From an uncultured Chloroflexia bacterium (GTDB lineage Bacteria; Chloroflexota; UBA6077; JACCZL01), in assembly GCA_963765765.1 (NCBI GenBank), contig CAVXYC010000009.1, positions 1 to 20,499 of the forward strand: a DNA stretch of 20,499 nucleotides. The letters are read 5' to 3'. The position numbers and the translations under genes are program-made. Each line of letters starts with the position of its first letter. Within the stretch, counting starts at the first letter, position 1. Below, one piece after another: positions 8,746 through 18,366 of the stretch. The notes beneath the pieces were generated by a model that was not told the origin of the DNA, ran no database searches, and worked only from the letters and a program-made list of their open reading frames with translations.

Positions 8746-9379
8746 ATGGCTTACCTTGCGCTGGTTCGGCATGGGCAGTCGGAGTGGAACGCGCTCGGGC
8801 TCTGGACGGGGCTGCGCGATATCGAGCTCAACGACATCGGCATTGAAGAGGCGCGGCAGGCGGCGGAGTCGCTGCGCGGGATCACCTTTGACGTGGCGTA
8901 CACCTCGGCGCTGAAGCGGGCGCATCAGACGCTGGAGAAGATCCTGGACACGCTGGGGCAAAAAGGGCATCCCGACCACTGCCGACGCGGCGATCAACGA
9001 GCGCGACTACGGCGATCTGACGGCCAAGAACAAGTGGGACGTGCAGAAGGAATACGGCGACGAGCAGTTCATGAAGTGGCGCCGCAGCTGGGACTACCCG
9101 GTGCCCAACGGCGAGACGCTCAAGGACGTGCACGATCGCGTGGCGCCGTACTACGACGCCAACATCCTGCCGCAGCTCAAGGCCGGCAAGAACGTCATCA
9201 TCGCCGCGCACGGCAACAGCCTGCGCGCGCTGGTGAAGCACCTGGAGAACATCCCCGAGACGGAGATTCCGTCCCTGGAGATCGGCACCGGCGAGGTCTA
9301 CCTCTACGAGGTCGACAAGGACGGCAAGATCACCAACAAGGAGATCCGGGTGGCGAACCCGCTGGCGGGGAAGGTCTAG
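8746..9379 (+). CDS. gpmA: 2,3-bisphosphoglycerate-dependent phosphoglycerate mutase (210 aa), one 1-nt indel
   Basis: LVRHGQSEWN, SALKRA, INERDYGDL, WRRSWD, GETLKD and AAHGNSLRAL motifs. One extra A in the A5 run at 8960-8964 splits the frame. Very strong GC3 codon bias. Confidence 0.93.
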
Positions 9380-9397
9380 CGCCCGAGGGGCGTAATT

Positions 9398-9472
9398 AAG
9401 AGTGAAGAATTAAGAATGAAGAATGGGAGTCGAGGATCATCGGTCCTCGACTCCCATTCTTCATTTTTCATT
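9398..9472 (+). terminator. gpmA terminator hairpin built from 7-bp tandem repeats
   Basis: Perfect 22-bp stem 9415-9436 / 9444-9465 followed by a T-rich tail. Heptamers AAGAGTG AAGAATT AAGAATG AAGAATG at 9398-9425. Confidence 0.75.
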
Positions 9473-9531
9473 GCGCCTTCGTCTGCGCGGTTCTGGTGCG
9501 GCCGGGGTGTCCAGGGCTCGAGAGAGCATTT

Positions 9532-9735
9532 GTAGCACGGGGCCTCGTGGCCTGTGCCGTCGGCTGACTGGCCCGAGGCGTCAGAATGGGCTGCAGTCTG
9601 GCTTTATGCCGCGTTCCTGGCGGTCAGTCGGGGTTTGCGGTCACTGTCGGGGGCATCTTAGCGGCGACATTGGTAGTGGAGCCGAGATACGGTCTGGGCC
9701 GCGTTCCAGGCACAGGCCACAAGGACCCGTGCTAC
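9532..9735. repeat. GTAG-family REP doublet (REPIN-like non-autonomous element), 204 bp
   Basis: GTAGCACGGGGCCTCGTGGCCTGTGCC (9532-9558) and GGCACAGGCCACAAGGACCCGTGCTAC (9709-9735) are inverted copies matching at 25/27. Each is GTAG plus an imperfect palindrome. Confidence 0.75.
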
Positions 9736-9874
9736 GGTTGCTTCTGATTCGCGGTCAGCGTCCGCGTCACTTGCTCCCCGTCATGGGGCAGCGCTTTACG
9801 GCTGCCGGAAGGGTCGACGCCTCGCGTTCGTCCTCGTAACTGACGGGAGGCCGGTGGTCCATAACGCTTGGACG

Positions 9875-9915
9875 CAAAAGAGGGGTGAGGACACTGGCTC
9901 CTCACCCCTCTTTTG
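9875..9915 (-). terminator. Intrinsic (bidirectional-type) terminator
   Basis: Perfect 17-bp inverted repeat CAAAAGAGGGGTGAGGA-cactggc-TCCTCACCCCTCTTTTG, 36 nt after the stop at 9952. Confidence 0.85.
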
Positions 9916-9951
9916 TTTGCCGCTCTTAACTCGAAGCTAAAAGCTGGCTAA

Positions 9952-10722
9952 TTAGTCGCTAACCTTGACGGCCTCTGTCTGCGTACCGCTGACGGGGGAG
10001 GTCGCGACCGTTGTCTCCACGTCGACGTCGCGGCGGGTGCCGAGGTAGCCACCGAGGGCGGATGCGCCGAGACCGACGATAGCGGCCAGGAGACTGCCCC
10101 AAGCGCCATTGCGGATTTGCTCAGCGGCGCGAGCAACGTCAGCCGGGCTCGTGTTCCGAGCGGTGTTCTGGGCATTGTTGGCGACGTCCCCGGCGTAGCC
10201 ACTGTATGCGCCCATCAGCGAACCAAGTCCCTGGCTGGCGAGCCATAACATGACCGGCACGCCAAAGAGGAAGACCATAGCGCCGTTGAGTGCGCCCCAA
10301 CCGCGTGAAAACACCGACGCGGTGCGCCCTGCCACGAAGCCGCCCAGCAAGAACGAGATAATCGCGCTCACGGCACCCCAGATCGTCGTAGTGGCGCCCG
10401 TGTTATTCGGTAATGAGCCGCTTGCGGCAGCATCGCCGGCGTTGACCGTGGTCAGGCCGATGGCGAGTCCAAGCAAGGACAGAATCAGCATGGATGTCAA
10501 CGCCGTGGCCAGGCCACCGATGATCGGTCCCCAGCGAAGGCGATCTTCGAAGAGATTACTTGCCGGCTGGATCCCGACTTCGAAATCTTGGTCACGAACC
10601 GTCGACGGGTAAGACCGTCGGGCCGGTGACGTGTATGTTGAGTCTCTTGTTGTGACCGTCGGGTCGGGTGTTGTGCCTGTCGAATCGGGGTCAGTGTTGA
10701 CCCCACTGTCGCGCATGGTCAT
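9952..10722 (-). CDS. Four-TM membrane protein of the 'RxxWGxIxxG' stress-associated type (256 aa)
   Basis: ATG at 10722 with GAGGTG RBS. A low-complexity T/D-rich N-terminus is followed by RLRWGPIIGGL and four Gly/Ala-rich hydrophobic helices. The ORF-track extension to 11085 overlaps the upstream gene and is not supported. Confidence 0.8.
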   Translation of the reverse strand: MTMRDSGVNTDPDSTGTTPDPTVTTRDSTYTSPARRSYPSTVRDQDFEVGIQPASNLFEDRLRWGPIIGGLATALTSMLILSLLGLAIGLTTVNAGDAAASGSLPNNTGATTTIWGAVSAIISFLLGGFVAGRTASVFSRGWGALNGAMVFLFGVPVMLWLASQGLGSLMGAYSGYAGDVANNAQNTARNTSPADVARAAEQIRNGAWGSLLAAIVGLGASALGGYLGTRRDVDVETTVATSPVSGTQTEAVKVSD

Positions 10723-10804
10723 GTCTTCACCTCTTAAAAATTGCTTTGTGGTGGGAATCTTCGTCCCAGCTGGCCTTCTCCCGCTGAGAGAAGGAGCACT
10801 TGCG

Positions 10805-11683
10805 TTACGCTCGCATGCGTTGTCGGAGGGTTTCCCACGCCGTGCGAGCGTTATCTCGGACGTGACCCCAGGGATACTCATAATCCGACCTATAACCGTG
10901 TTGAGCCGCCCAGTTGTCGTATTCGATACGCAGGTCATCTTCAGCGTCGGCCCACTCTCGGTCGCGGAATCGCGGGTCGTGCGCCATGGCGTACCCAAAG
11001 TGATAACCGGCTTCCTCGTCGTGCCAGTGACGTCCACTGAGACCCTTCTCGCGCTCCCAGGCATCGCGGTACATGGGGGCGACATCCTCCCATGTATTCG
11101 CTGAGTCGTTGTGACCGTTGGATGCCGGGCTCATCGCAATTACGTCTTCGGATGTCCGGTTTGCGGGTGCTGATGAATCGAAGGTCGCGGCTCGATGAAC
11201 GTCGTAAGCACCATGATTCCTCAGGATGCGGCTGGCTTCATCGTCGCGACCATTCGCTTTCACGGTGATGATCACGCGCCCGGCTTCGAACTCGGACTGG
11301 TAGTAGCGAGCCTCATCTTCTGGTATGCCCAGGCCCATCAGCGCACCGAACATGCCGCCGGCGGCAGCGCCCACCGCGGCTCCCCCCACAATAGTGGAAA
11401 GAATGCCCGCGGCGATGACGGGCCCGAATCCGGGGATCAGGCCGGCGGCCGCCGCACCTACCAGGCCGCCCAGCACGCCGCCGGTGAGCATGCCCGTGGC
11501 AGCACCCTCGCCGGCCGCGGTGCCCGGTACGTCGGACGTCGCGTCAGTTGTCTCACCGCCGCGCACGGCGTAGCCAAGATCTTCATCACGGAAGCCCGTG
11601 TTACGTAGGTCCTCAACCGCACGGTTGGCATCATCCCGATCGAAGAAGACGCCAACAACGGCTCCTCTACTATCAACAGACAT
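10805..11683 (-). CDS. General stress protein 17M/YflT-like domain with glycine zipper and Trp-rich C-terminal domain
   Basis: VVGVFFDRDDANRAVEDLRNTGF, a GxxxG zipper, and LMGLGIPEDEARYYQSEFEAGRVIITV, followed by W.D....YR..W-like repeats. 292 aa. Confidence 0.82.
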   Translation of the reverse strand: MSVDSRGAVVGVFFDRDDANRAVEDLRNTGFRDEDLGYAVRGGETTDATSDVPGTAAGEGAATGMLTGGVLGGLVGAAAAGLIPGFGPVIAAGILSTIVGGAAVGAAAGGMFGALMGLGIPEDEARYYQSEFEAGRVIITVKANGRDDEASRILRNHGAYDVHRAATFDSSAPANRTSEDVIAMSPASNGHNDSANTWEDVAPMYRDAWEREKGLSGRHWHDEEAGYHFGYAMAHDPRFRDREWADAEDDLRIEYDNWAAQHGYRSDYEYPWGHVRDNARTAWETLRQRMRA

Positions 11684-11760
11684 CGGGCTGCGACCCCCTT
11701 CCCTTGTGCTGGTCTATACAGGTGTCCCGCCCGCTCGGGCTCTGCGCTGCACGAGAGAGG

Positions 11761-11778
11761 GCAAGATCGATGCCAAAA
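11761..11778 (-). promoter_or_regulatory. sigma54-type (-24/-12) promoter upstream of the YflT-like gene
   Basis: Minus strand reads TTTTGGCATCGATCTTGC, i.e. TGGCA..-TTGC with exact GG-N10-GC spacing, 78 nt before the start codon. Confidence 0.65.
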
Positions 11779-12037
11779 TGAGGGTTCCGTTACCTTAGTG
11801 ACGCATCTGTAATGAGCCTCAGAAGGCACGTAGTGAGTGCTTCAGCGCCTTTTCTGGGATGAGACTAGCGAGCGAGCGATGGCTGCTCAGCCTGGCAGTG
11901 AAGTCTCATGCTGCATCGCTACTCTCGTGTTGTTCGTCTGGAAGCGCTCAAGCGCTGACTACGTCCGCTGGGGTGTTCGCGGATCGTGTGATTGCGTGAG
12001 GGTAGGACGGAAATGACACCAGGTGGCATGGTGAGCG

Positions 12038-12961
12038 TTACGCTCTAATCGCTTCTGTGACCCGCAACGCCGCCTCAATAGCTTTCTGAGGCGATGACTC
12101 GGCGGGCTGGAGATTGACGTGCGTGGCGCCAGCTTCGAGGTATGGGACGATAGCGTCGGCAATCTCGCCAGGTGAGCCGTACGGTACATAACGCTCGAAT
12201 CGCTCGAAGGGCAGGTGATAGGTGGCTGCCATCCGTTCGGCGACTTTGGCGCGGGCTTTCTCGCGATCGTCGTCCACACCCATCCAGAACTGCATGCCGA
12301 AGGTGAAAGGCGCATCAGCGCGACCGTATTCCGCGGCAAGCTCGGCATGGCCGGTGACGATCTCGCTAAATCGACGCGACGAGATCCAGATGCCAATGTA
12401 GCCGTCGCACAGGCGCGCGGCGCGGCGAAGCGCGGCTTCGGATCGACCTCCGATCCAGATGGGCACGCCGCCTCCCCGCGCAGGTTTCGGCCGTAGTTGA
12501 ACGCCATCGAGATCGAAGTGGCGACCGTGGAACGTCGTTTCGTCCTGGGTCCAGAGTGACTTGAGGATCTGGATGCCCTCCTCCGTGCGTTGACCACGGG
12601 TGCGGGGATCCACACCACATGCATGCCACTCATCAGGATCTTCGCCGCCAACGCCGACGCCCAGGATGAGGTTCCCGCCGCTGAGCTGATCAATGAGCGA
12701 CGCCTGTAGCGCCACGGGCGTTGGGTGACGCAGCGCCAGCAGGTAGACGCTGGTTTGCAGCAAGAGCTTCCGCGAATGCGCGGCGGCCAGCATCAGGTTC
12801 ATCAGTCCATCGTTGCCACGCCCACGAAAGGTCACATGATCGCCGCTGAACAGGCCGTCCAAACCGCCGAGTTCGGCGTCGCGGATGGCGTCAATAGCCG
12901 CCGCGGGCGAAACGCCACCGTTGGTGTTCCATGCGCTGGCTGGGCCGAGAACGTTGATCAC
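12038..12961 (-). CDS. LLM-class (luciferase-like) flavin-dependent oxidoreductase; start uncertain
   Basis: GLDGLFSGDH, LRHPTPVALQASLIDQLSGGNLILGVGVG, RGQRTEE and PIWIGGRSEAALRRAARLCDG. An ATG at 12977 is out of frame by one base and may be the true start. Confidence 0.9.
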   Translation of the reverse strand: MINVLGPASAWNTNGGVSPAAAIDAIRDAELGGLDGLFSGDHVTFRGRGNDGLMNLMLAAAHSRKLLLQTSVYLLALRHPTPVALQASLIDQLSGGNLILGVGVGGEDPDEWHACGVDPRTRGQRTEEGIQILKSLWTQDETTFHGRHFDLDGVQLRPKPARGGGVPIWIGGRSEAALRRAARLCDGYIGIWISSRRFSEIVTGHAELAAEYGRADAPFTFGMQFWMGVDDDREKARAKVAERMAATYHLPFERFERYVPYGSPGEIADAIVPYLEAGATHVNLQPAESSPQKAIEAALRVTEAIRA

Positions 12962-12979
12962 AGACGCGGTGCTCCATCT

Positions 12980-13040
12980 AGTGAGAGTGAAGAGTGGAAA
13001 GTTAAGAGTGAAGGGTGGGACGAATGAAGAAATGAGATTT
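12980..13040. repeat. Degenerate 7-bp tandem repeats (AGTGAAG-like)
   Basis: AGTGAG AGTGAAG AGTGGAA AGTTAAG AGTGAAG GGTGGGA..., the same family as 9398-9425. Confidence 0.6.
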
Positions 13041-14274
13041 AACTTAACTCCTGACTCACATGGACCGGAACGAATCCGAGCCCGATGACCCGGGCCGGAA
13101 TGGCCCGTATCTGTGGGACGCTCAGAAGCGCACCGAGAGCAGGCGGAACGGTTCCGGGGCTCCGCGATCGAAGCGTTGCCGAGAGAATTCTTGTCTGTAC
13201 GAACGACTGGATCGTCTGGATCAACCGAGTGGGGAGCTCGCGCTTCTTCTGTACTCGCGCAAGGTCGCGAACGCTCATTCGGCCCGATTTGAGTGACCCC
13301 GTAAGCTCGTTCGCCGCGACGACCGCATCCTGGATGGCGTAATTGATGCCGACGCCTCCGACAGGCGACATCGTGTGGGCGGCATCGCCAATGAAGAGCA
13401 AGCCGGGCTGATACCAGCGTGGAAGTCGATCTGACTCCACCGAAAGCACCGAGATTTGATGCCAGTCCTGAAGCTCACCGACTCGACCGGCCAGCTCCGG
13501 TGCGAGCTCGGCGATGTTACGCCGCAGGTCTTCAAGGCCGGCCGCGTGAAGATCTTTGTAGGTGCCCTTGGGAATGACATAGGCCAGTTGCCAGTATTCA
13601 TAGCGATCGAGCATCGCCATGATGTGTCCCTGGCCGAATCGACCCAGCGCGCCTTCGGGATCGGTGGGCTCGCGGGAAAGCCTGAACCACAGAACGTCCA
13701 TAGGTGGGGACGTCTCGTCAGCCTTTATCCCGGCGAGGCGGCGTATGCGAGAGAAGCGACCATCCGCGGCTACCGTGAGCAACGCACGCACGTCATGCCA
13801 GCCGGCGTGATCGCGATAGCGTACGCCGCGCACGAGCCCGTCTTCCTGGATGAGCTCGCGCACGCCTGCGCCCATGACAAGGTGAAAGCTGGGAAAGGCC
13901 GCGGCCTCTTCAGCCATGAACTTGAGAAACACGGCTTGCGGGATCAGGGCCACGAAAGGGAACTTGGTGGGCAAGGATCGAAAATCGACTGCCGTAACTG
14001 GACCTGAGCCGCTCTGGAGGGTGATGTCGCGAATCTTCGTGTGGCGTAGCTTCAGAACGCGATCCACAAGTCCAAGCTCGTCCAGTATTTGAAGGACAGA
14101 CGGATGAATGGTGTCGCCCCGGAAGTCGCGATCGAAGTCCTCGTGTTCTTCCAGCAAGGTGGTGTCGATACCGGCACGGGCAAGCATATAGGCCAGCAGG
14201 AGGCCGGCCGGTCCGCCGCCGACTATGCAGCAGCGCGTGATGCTCGAATCGCCTGATGGTACCTGGGATTGCAC
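13039..14274 (-). CDS. FAD-dependent oxidoreductase/monooxygenase (FAD_binding_3, UbiH/PheA-like)
   Basis: CIVGGGPAG, DFDRDFRGD, AADGRFS (DG motif) and IGDAAHTMSPVGGVGINYAIQDA (GD motif). GTG start with AAGGAG RBS. Confidence 0.93.
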   Translation of the reverse strand: MQSQVPSGDSSITRCCIVGGGPAGLLLAYMLARAGIDTTLLEEHEDFDRDFRGDTIHPSVLQILDELGLVDRVLKLRHTKIRDITLQSGSGPVTAVDFRSLPTKFPFVALIPQAVFLKFMAEEAAAFPSFHLVMGAGVRELIQEDGLVRGVRYRDHAGWHDVRALLTVAADGRFSRIRRLAGIKADETSPPMDVLWFRLSREPTDPEGALGRFGQGHIMAMLDRYEYWQLAYVIPKGTYKDLHAAGLEDLRRNIAELAPELAGRVGELQDWHQISVLSVESDRLPRWYQPGLLFIGDAAHTMSPVGGVGINYAIQDAVVAANELTGSLKSGRMSVRDLARVQKKRELPTRLIQTIQSFVQTRILSATLRSRSPGTVPPALGALLSVPQIRAIPARVIGLGFVPVHVSQELS

Positions 14275-14447
14275 TATTGTCTCCTTCGAGTGATGGAGGA
14301 CCGCGGGTGCTCCCTGATCCCCACCCTGGACTTAGCGATCCGGTATGCTCTTCGCTGCCAGTGTCGCGCTCTGGAAGGCGGATGGCAAGCTGGCGGCATG
14401 ACTATCTATCAGATGGGTAGTCATTAGTTTTGAACGGGGGCTTCGTT

Positions 14448-15620
14448 ATGAGCACCGAACCAGTTCTGCGACTCGGACTCATCGGCGTTGGCGTCGGGGC
14501 CAGCCAATTACTGCCAGCAATGACCTCGAGCCCACACTACAAACTCACCGCCGTAGCGGACGTGCGCCCGGACGCCCTCGAGCGTTTCGCTCAGGAATAC
14601 GGCACGGAAACACATCTCACTGTCGAGGGACTTTGCGCAAGCCCGAACGTGGACGTGGTGTGGATTGCCACACCGAATCACCTTCACGCCCCGCACGTCA
14701 TTGCCGCGGCCAACGCCGGGAAGCACGTGATCGTGTCAAAGCCGATCGCAATCACTCTCGATGAATGCGCGGCGATGAACGAGGCGTGTGAGCGGAACGG
14801 CGTCAAGTTTCTGGCGGGCCATACGCAAAGTATGGCGCCCACGATCCGCAAGATGGCGGAGCTGGCTCGGAGTGGGCAGTACGGCGAGCTGGGCATGATC
14901 CAATGCTGGAACTTCACCCCGTGGATTTATCGGCCGCGTATGCCCGACGAGCTCGATTCTTCCAAGGGCGGCGGACCCGTTTTTCGACAGGCGTCGCATC
15001 AGGTCGACATTGTGCGGCTGATCGGTGGGGGGCTGGTGCGGAGTGTTCGCGCGATGACCAAGCTGCTGGATCCGACGCGACCCGTACCGGGCGCGTATAC
15101 CGCGTATCTCGAGTTCGAGGACGGCACTCCGGCCACGGTGATCTATTCCGGCTACGGTCATTTCGATGCTTCCGAGATGACTGCAGGTGTTGGTAGTGAG
15201 CGCAAAGGTGGCACCCCGGAGATTCCGCCGTCGTCGGGAACATTGACCCCCGAAGAAGAGGCCAAGATCAAAGAGTCCATGCGCTACAACAGCGCCAGTG
15301 GGTCCGATGCATCCCGCTCTCAATCGCTCGGCATGTTCGGCATGACGCTGGTGACCTGCGCGACCGCGGACCTCACGGAAGCTCCATTCGGAGTTACCGT
15401 GCACACGCGCGACGGCAAGTCCGAGATCCCCGCTGGATCTGAGAAGCGCGGCGAAGCGGAGCTCGAGGAGATGTATCAGGGTGTTGTCAATGGAGCCCCG
15501 TTGTCTCATGACGGCCGCTGGGGTGAGGCGACGCTCGAGGTGTGCCTGGCAATTGCCGAGTCCGCTCGGGAGCGTAAGGAGATCATGCTGAAGAGGCAGG
15601 TGGCGAGTCCTACGACGTAG
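14448..15620 (+). CDS. Gfo/Idh/MocA NAD(P)-dependent oxidoreductase, phthalate 4,5-cis-dihydrodiol dehydrogenase (OphB/Pht4)-like subfamily
   Basis: LRLGLIGVG, ATPNHLH and GKHVIVSKP, plus the subfamily-like segments YRPRMPDELD..KGGG.VFRQASHQVDIVRLIGGG and HDGRWGEATLEVCLAI. ATG 14448 is preferred over TTG 14430. Confidence 0.88.
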   Translation: MSTEPVLRLGLIGVGVGASQLLPAMTSSPHYKLTAVADVRPDALERFAQEYGTETHLTVEGLCASPNVDVVWIATPNHLHAPHVIAAANAGKHVIVSKPIAITLDECAAMNEACERNGVKFLAGHTQSMAPTIRKMAELARSGQYGELGMIQCWNFTPWIYRPRMPDELDSSKGGGPVFRQASHQVDIVRLIGGGLVRSVRAMTKLLDPTRPVPGAYTAYLEFEDGTPATVIYSGYGHFDASEMTAGVGSERKGGTPEIPPSSGTLTPEEEAKIKESMRYNSASGSDASRSQSLGMFGMTLVTCATADLTEAPFGVTVHTRDGKSEIPAGSEKRGEAELEEMYQGVVNGAPLSHDGRWGEATLEVCLAIAESARERKEIMLKRQVASPTT

Positions 15621-15716
15621 GCGACGACCCGCGCCCGCTCTACGGAGGGTCCTCGCCCGGCAAGTTTCGTGCGATTTGCACGGCCACACCAAGAATGAAC
15701 GCAAGGCGGCACACGA

Positions 15717-18366
15717 ATGCGGGCGACGTATCGAGTCCAGCTACGGAAAGAGTTCGGGTTCAATGACGTTGCCGCGCTAGCGGACTATTTGGCCGAGCTT
15801 GGGGTGAGCCATCTCTACAGCTCGCCATACCTGCAGGCCGCGGCGGGTAGCACCCATGGTTATGACGTCATAGATCACAGTCGCGTCAATGCCGAGCTGG
15901 GTGGCGCCGAGGCGCATGCGGCGATGTGCTCCGCTCTTGGCGCATGCGGCCTTGGTCAAGTACTTGACATCGTCCCGAATCATATGGCGATCGGTGGCCG
16001 TGAGAATGTGTGGTGGTGGGATATTCTCGAGAACGGTCCGTCCAGTCGCTATGCGGCTTATTTCGACGTTGAATGGGACCCGCCAGAGGCGCGTCTACGA
16101 AATACCGTCCTTCTGCCCGGTATTGGGCGATCGATACGGACGCGTTCTGGAGGCGGGTGATCTCACTGTCGTTCGCAGCGGCGGCCGGTTTGAGGTTCGG
16201 TACTTCGATCACGTTTTTCCGATCAGACCACGCTCCCTCGTCACGCTCTTGGCTCGGGCTGCTGACCGATGCGGCTCCAGAGAGCTGGCGTTTATTGCAG
16301 ATGCACTTGAGGCTCTTCCACTGACGACGGCGACCGATCGACCAAGCATCTCGCGGCGGCATCGGGATAAAGAGGTCTTACTTACCCATCTCGAGCAGCT
16401 GACGCTAGACAATCCTCTGGTCGCGCGCACGATTGACGCTGAGGTTACAGAGCTCAATCGCGATCTGGACGCACTTGATGGGCTTCTAAGCGATCAGAAC
16501 TATCGACTCGCCTTCTGGCGAACGGCGCAACGCGATCTCGGCTATCGGCGATTCTTTGATGTCAACAGTTTGATCGGGCTGCGGGCCGAGCTCGAGGACG
16601 TCTTCGAAGAGACCCATCACCTGGTGCTCGATTGGCTCCGACGGGGCGTTATCGACGGGTTGCGCATCGATCATCCAGATGGACTGCGGGATCCAGAGCA
16701 ATACCTACAGCGACTGCGGCAGGCCGCGCCAGATGGCTGGCTCGTCGTTGAAAAGATTCTCGAGAGTGACGAGCACCTTCGAGAGTCGTGGCCGGTCGAT
16801 GGGACGGTTGGATACGAGTTTCTCAATCGGGTGAACGGCATCTTCGTCGACCCCGACGGCGAAGAGCCGCTTACAGAGCTCTATTGGCGCTTCACGGGCG
16901 AATCAATCGACTTTCCAGACATCGTTCGGCAGTCAAAGCTGCTCGTCCTGCGGGAGATTCTGGGAAGTGACCTGGGACGCCTAACCGCCATGCTCGTGGA
17001 CGTCTCTGAGCAGCACCGGGCATATCGCGATTACACGCGCGCTGAGTTTTACGACACACTTCGAGAGCTTATTGTCAACCTGCCGGTTTATCGCACATAC
17101 GTCCGGCCCGAGCATCGCGAGGCTCAGGGCGACGACGTTCGATACCTGACTGAGGCGGCCGAGCGAGCCAGTCAGTTGCGGCCAGACCTCGATCCCGATC
17201 TGCTTGCCTTTCTGCGTGATCTGCTTCTTCTTCGCGAGCCGGGCGAGCTCGAAACCGAGCTCGCGATGCGAGTACAGCAGTTGAGCGGCGCGGTAATGGC
17301 AAAGGGCGTCGAAGACACCGCCTTCTACACGTTCAATCGCTTGATCTCACTCAATGAGGTCGGTGGTAACCCGGAGCGATTCGGGATCTCCGTTGACGAG
17401 TACCACCAGGCTTGTATCGAAACTCAGGCTCGATGGCCGGCAACGATGCTGACAACGTCTACTCACGATACAAAACGCGGTGAGGACGTCCGCGTCAGAA
17501 TTAACGTGCTATCTGAGATCCCCGACCGTTGGGCTGATGCAGTGACTCGATGGTCGACAATGAATGAGCGATATCGACACCGCGACCTGGTTGACCGAAA
17601 CGCCGAATATCTCATTTACCAGACACTCGTGGGCGCCTGGCCCATCGATTCTGCCCGCCTTCGCGAATATCTGGAGAAAGCGGCCCGGGAGGCCAAGAGC
17701 CATACGTCCTGGACAAGTCCGAACGCGGAGTACGAAGCCGCTCTACAGGACTTTGCAGAGGATGCTCTCAATAACAGAGAGTTCATCGATGATCTGGTGA
17801 AGTTCGTCGATTCGATTCTCGAGCCGTCGCGCGTCACGTCAGTCGCGCAGTTGTTGCTCAAGTTAACGGCGCCCGGAATACCCGACATTTACCAGGGGAC
17901 GGAGCTCTGGGACCTCAGTCTGGTAGACCCCGACAACCGCCGACCTATCGACTATTCTCACCGCCGCGCTCTGCTGACGAAATTGGAAGGGCTGTCCCCT
18001 GAGCAAGTGTGGCAGGAAGCCGAGAGCGGCTTGCCAAAGCTGTGGGTCCTGCAGCGCACGCTGGGGCTGCGCAGGAACCATCTCGAGGCATTCGGGCCGC
18101 GCGGCAGCTACGTGCCACTTACGGCACAGGGGGCACGCAGTAAGCACGTTGTGGCGTCGAGCCGTGGCGACATAATCGTCACAGTCGTTCCGCGACTAAC
18201 AACTCGGTTGGACGGAGATTGGCATGGGACGCAACTCGAGCTGCCGGGGAATTACTGGCGGAATGTGTTGACAGGAGAAGAAATCACGGGGTCGAGAGTT
18301 GAGCTGGACAGGTTATTGCGGCGCTTTCCGGTCGCGCTCCTGGAGCGACTGGGGGAGCCAGCTTGA
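15717..18366 (+). CDS. treY: Malto-oligosyltrehalose synthase (GH13), 882 aa, one 1-nt indel
   Basis: RATYRVQL, GSTHGYDV, LDIVPNHM, YRRFFDV, GLRIDHPDGL, VEKIL, TSTHDTKR and SLVDPDNRRP motifs. One extra C at 16116-16118 splits LLP-VLGDRYG. Confidence 0.95.

Noticed and set aside
8955-8970. Programmed frameshift in gpmA at CAAAAAGGG
   Set aside because: No programmed frameshifting is known to me for gpmA, and similar indels occur throughout the window, so a homopolymer error is simpler.
9423-9839. 138-aa ORF after gpmA
   Set aside because: It runs through the terminator and REPIN, is Arg/Gly-rich, and has no motif.
10723-11085. N-terminal extension of ORF 9952-11085
   Set aside because: It overlaps the YflT-like gene in another frame, and ATG 10722 has a good RBS.
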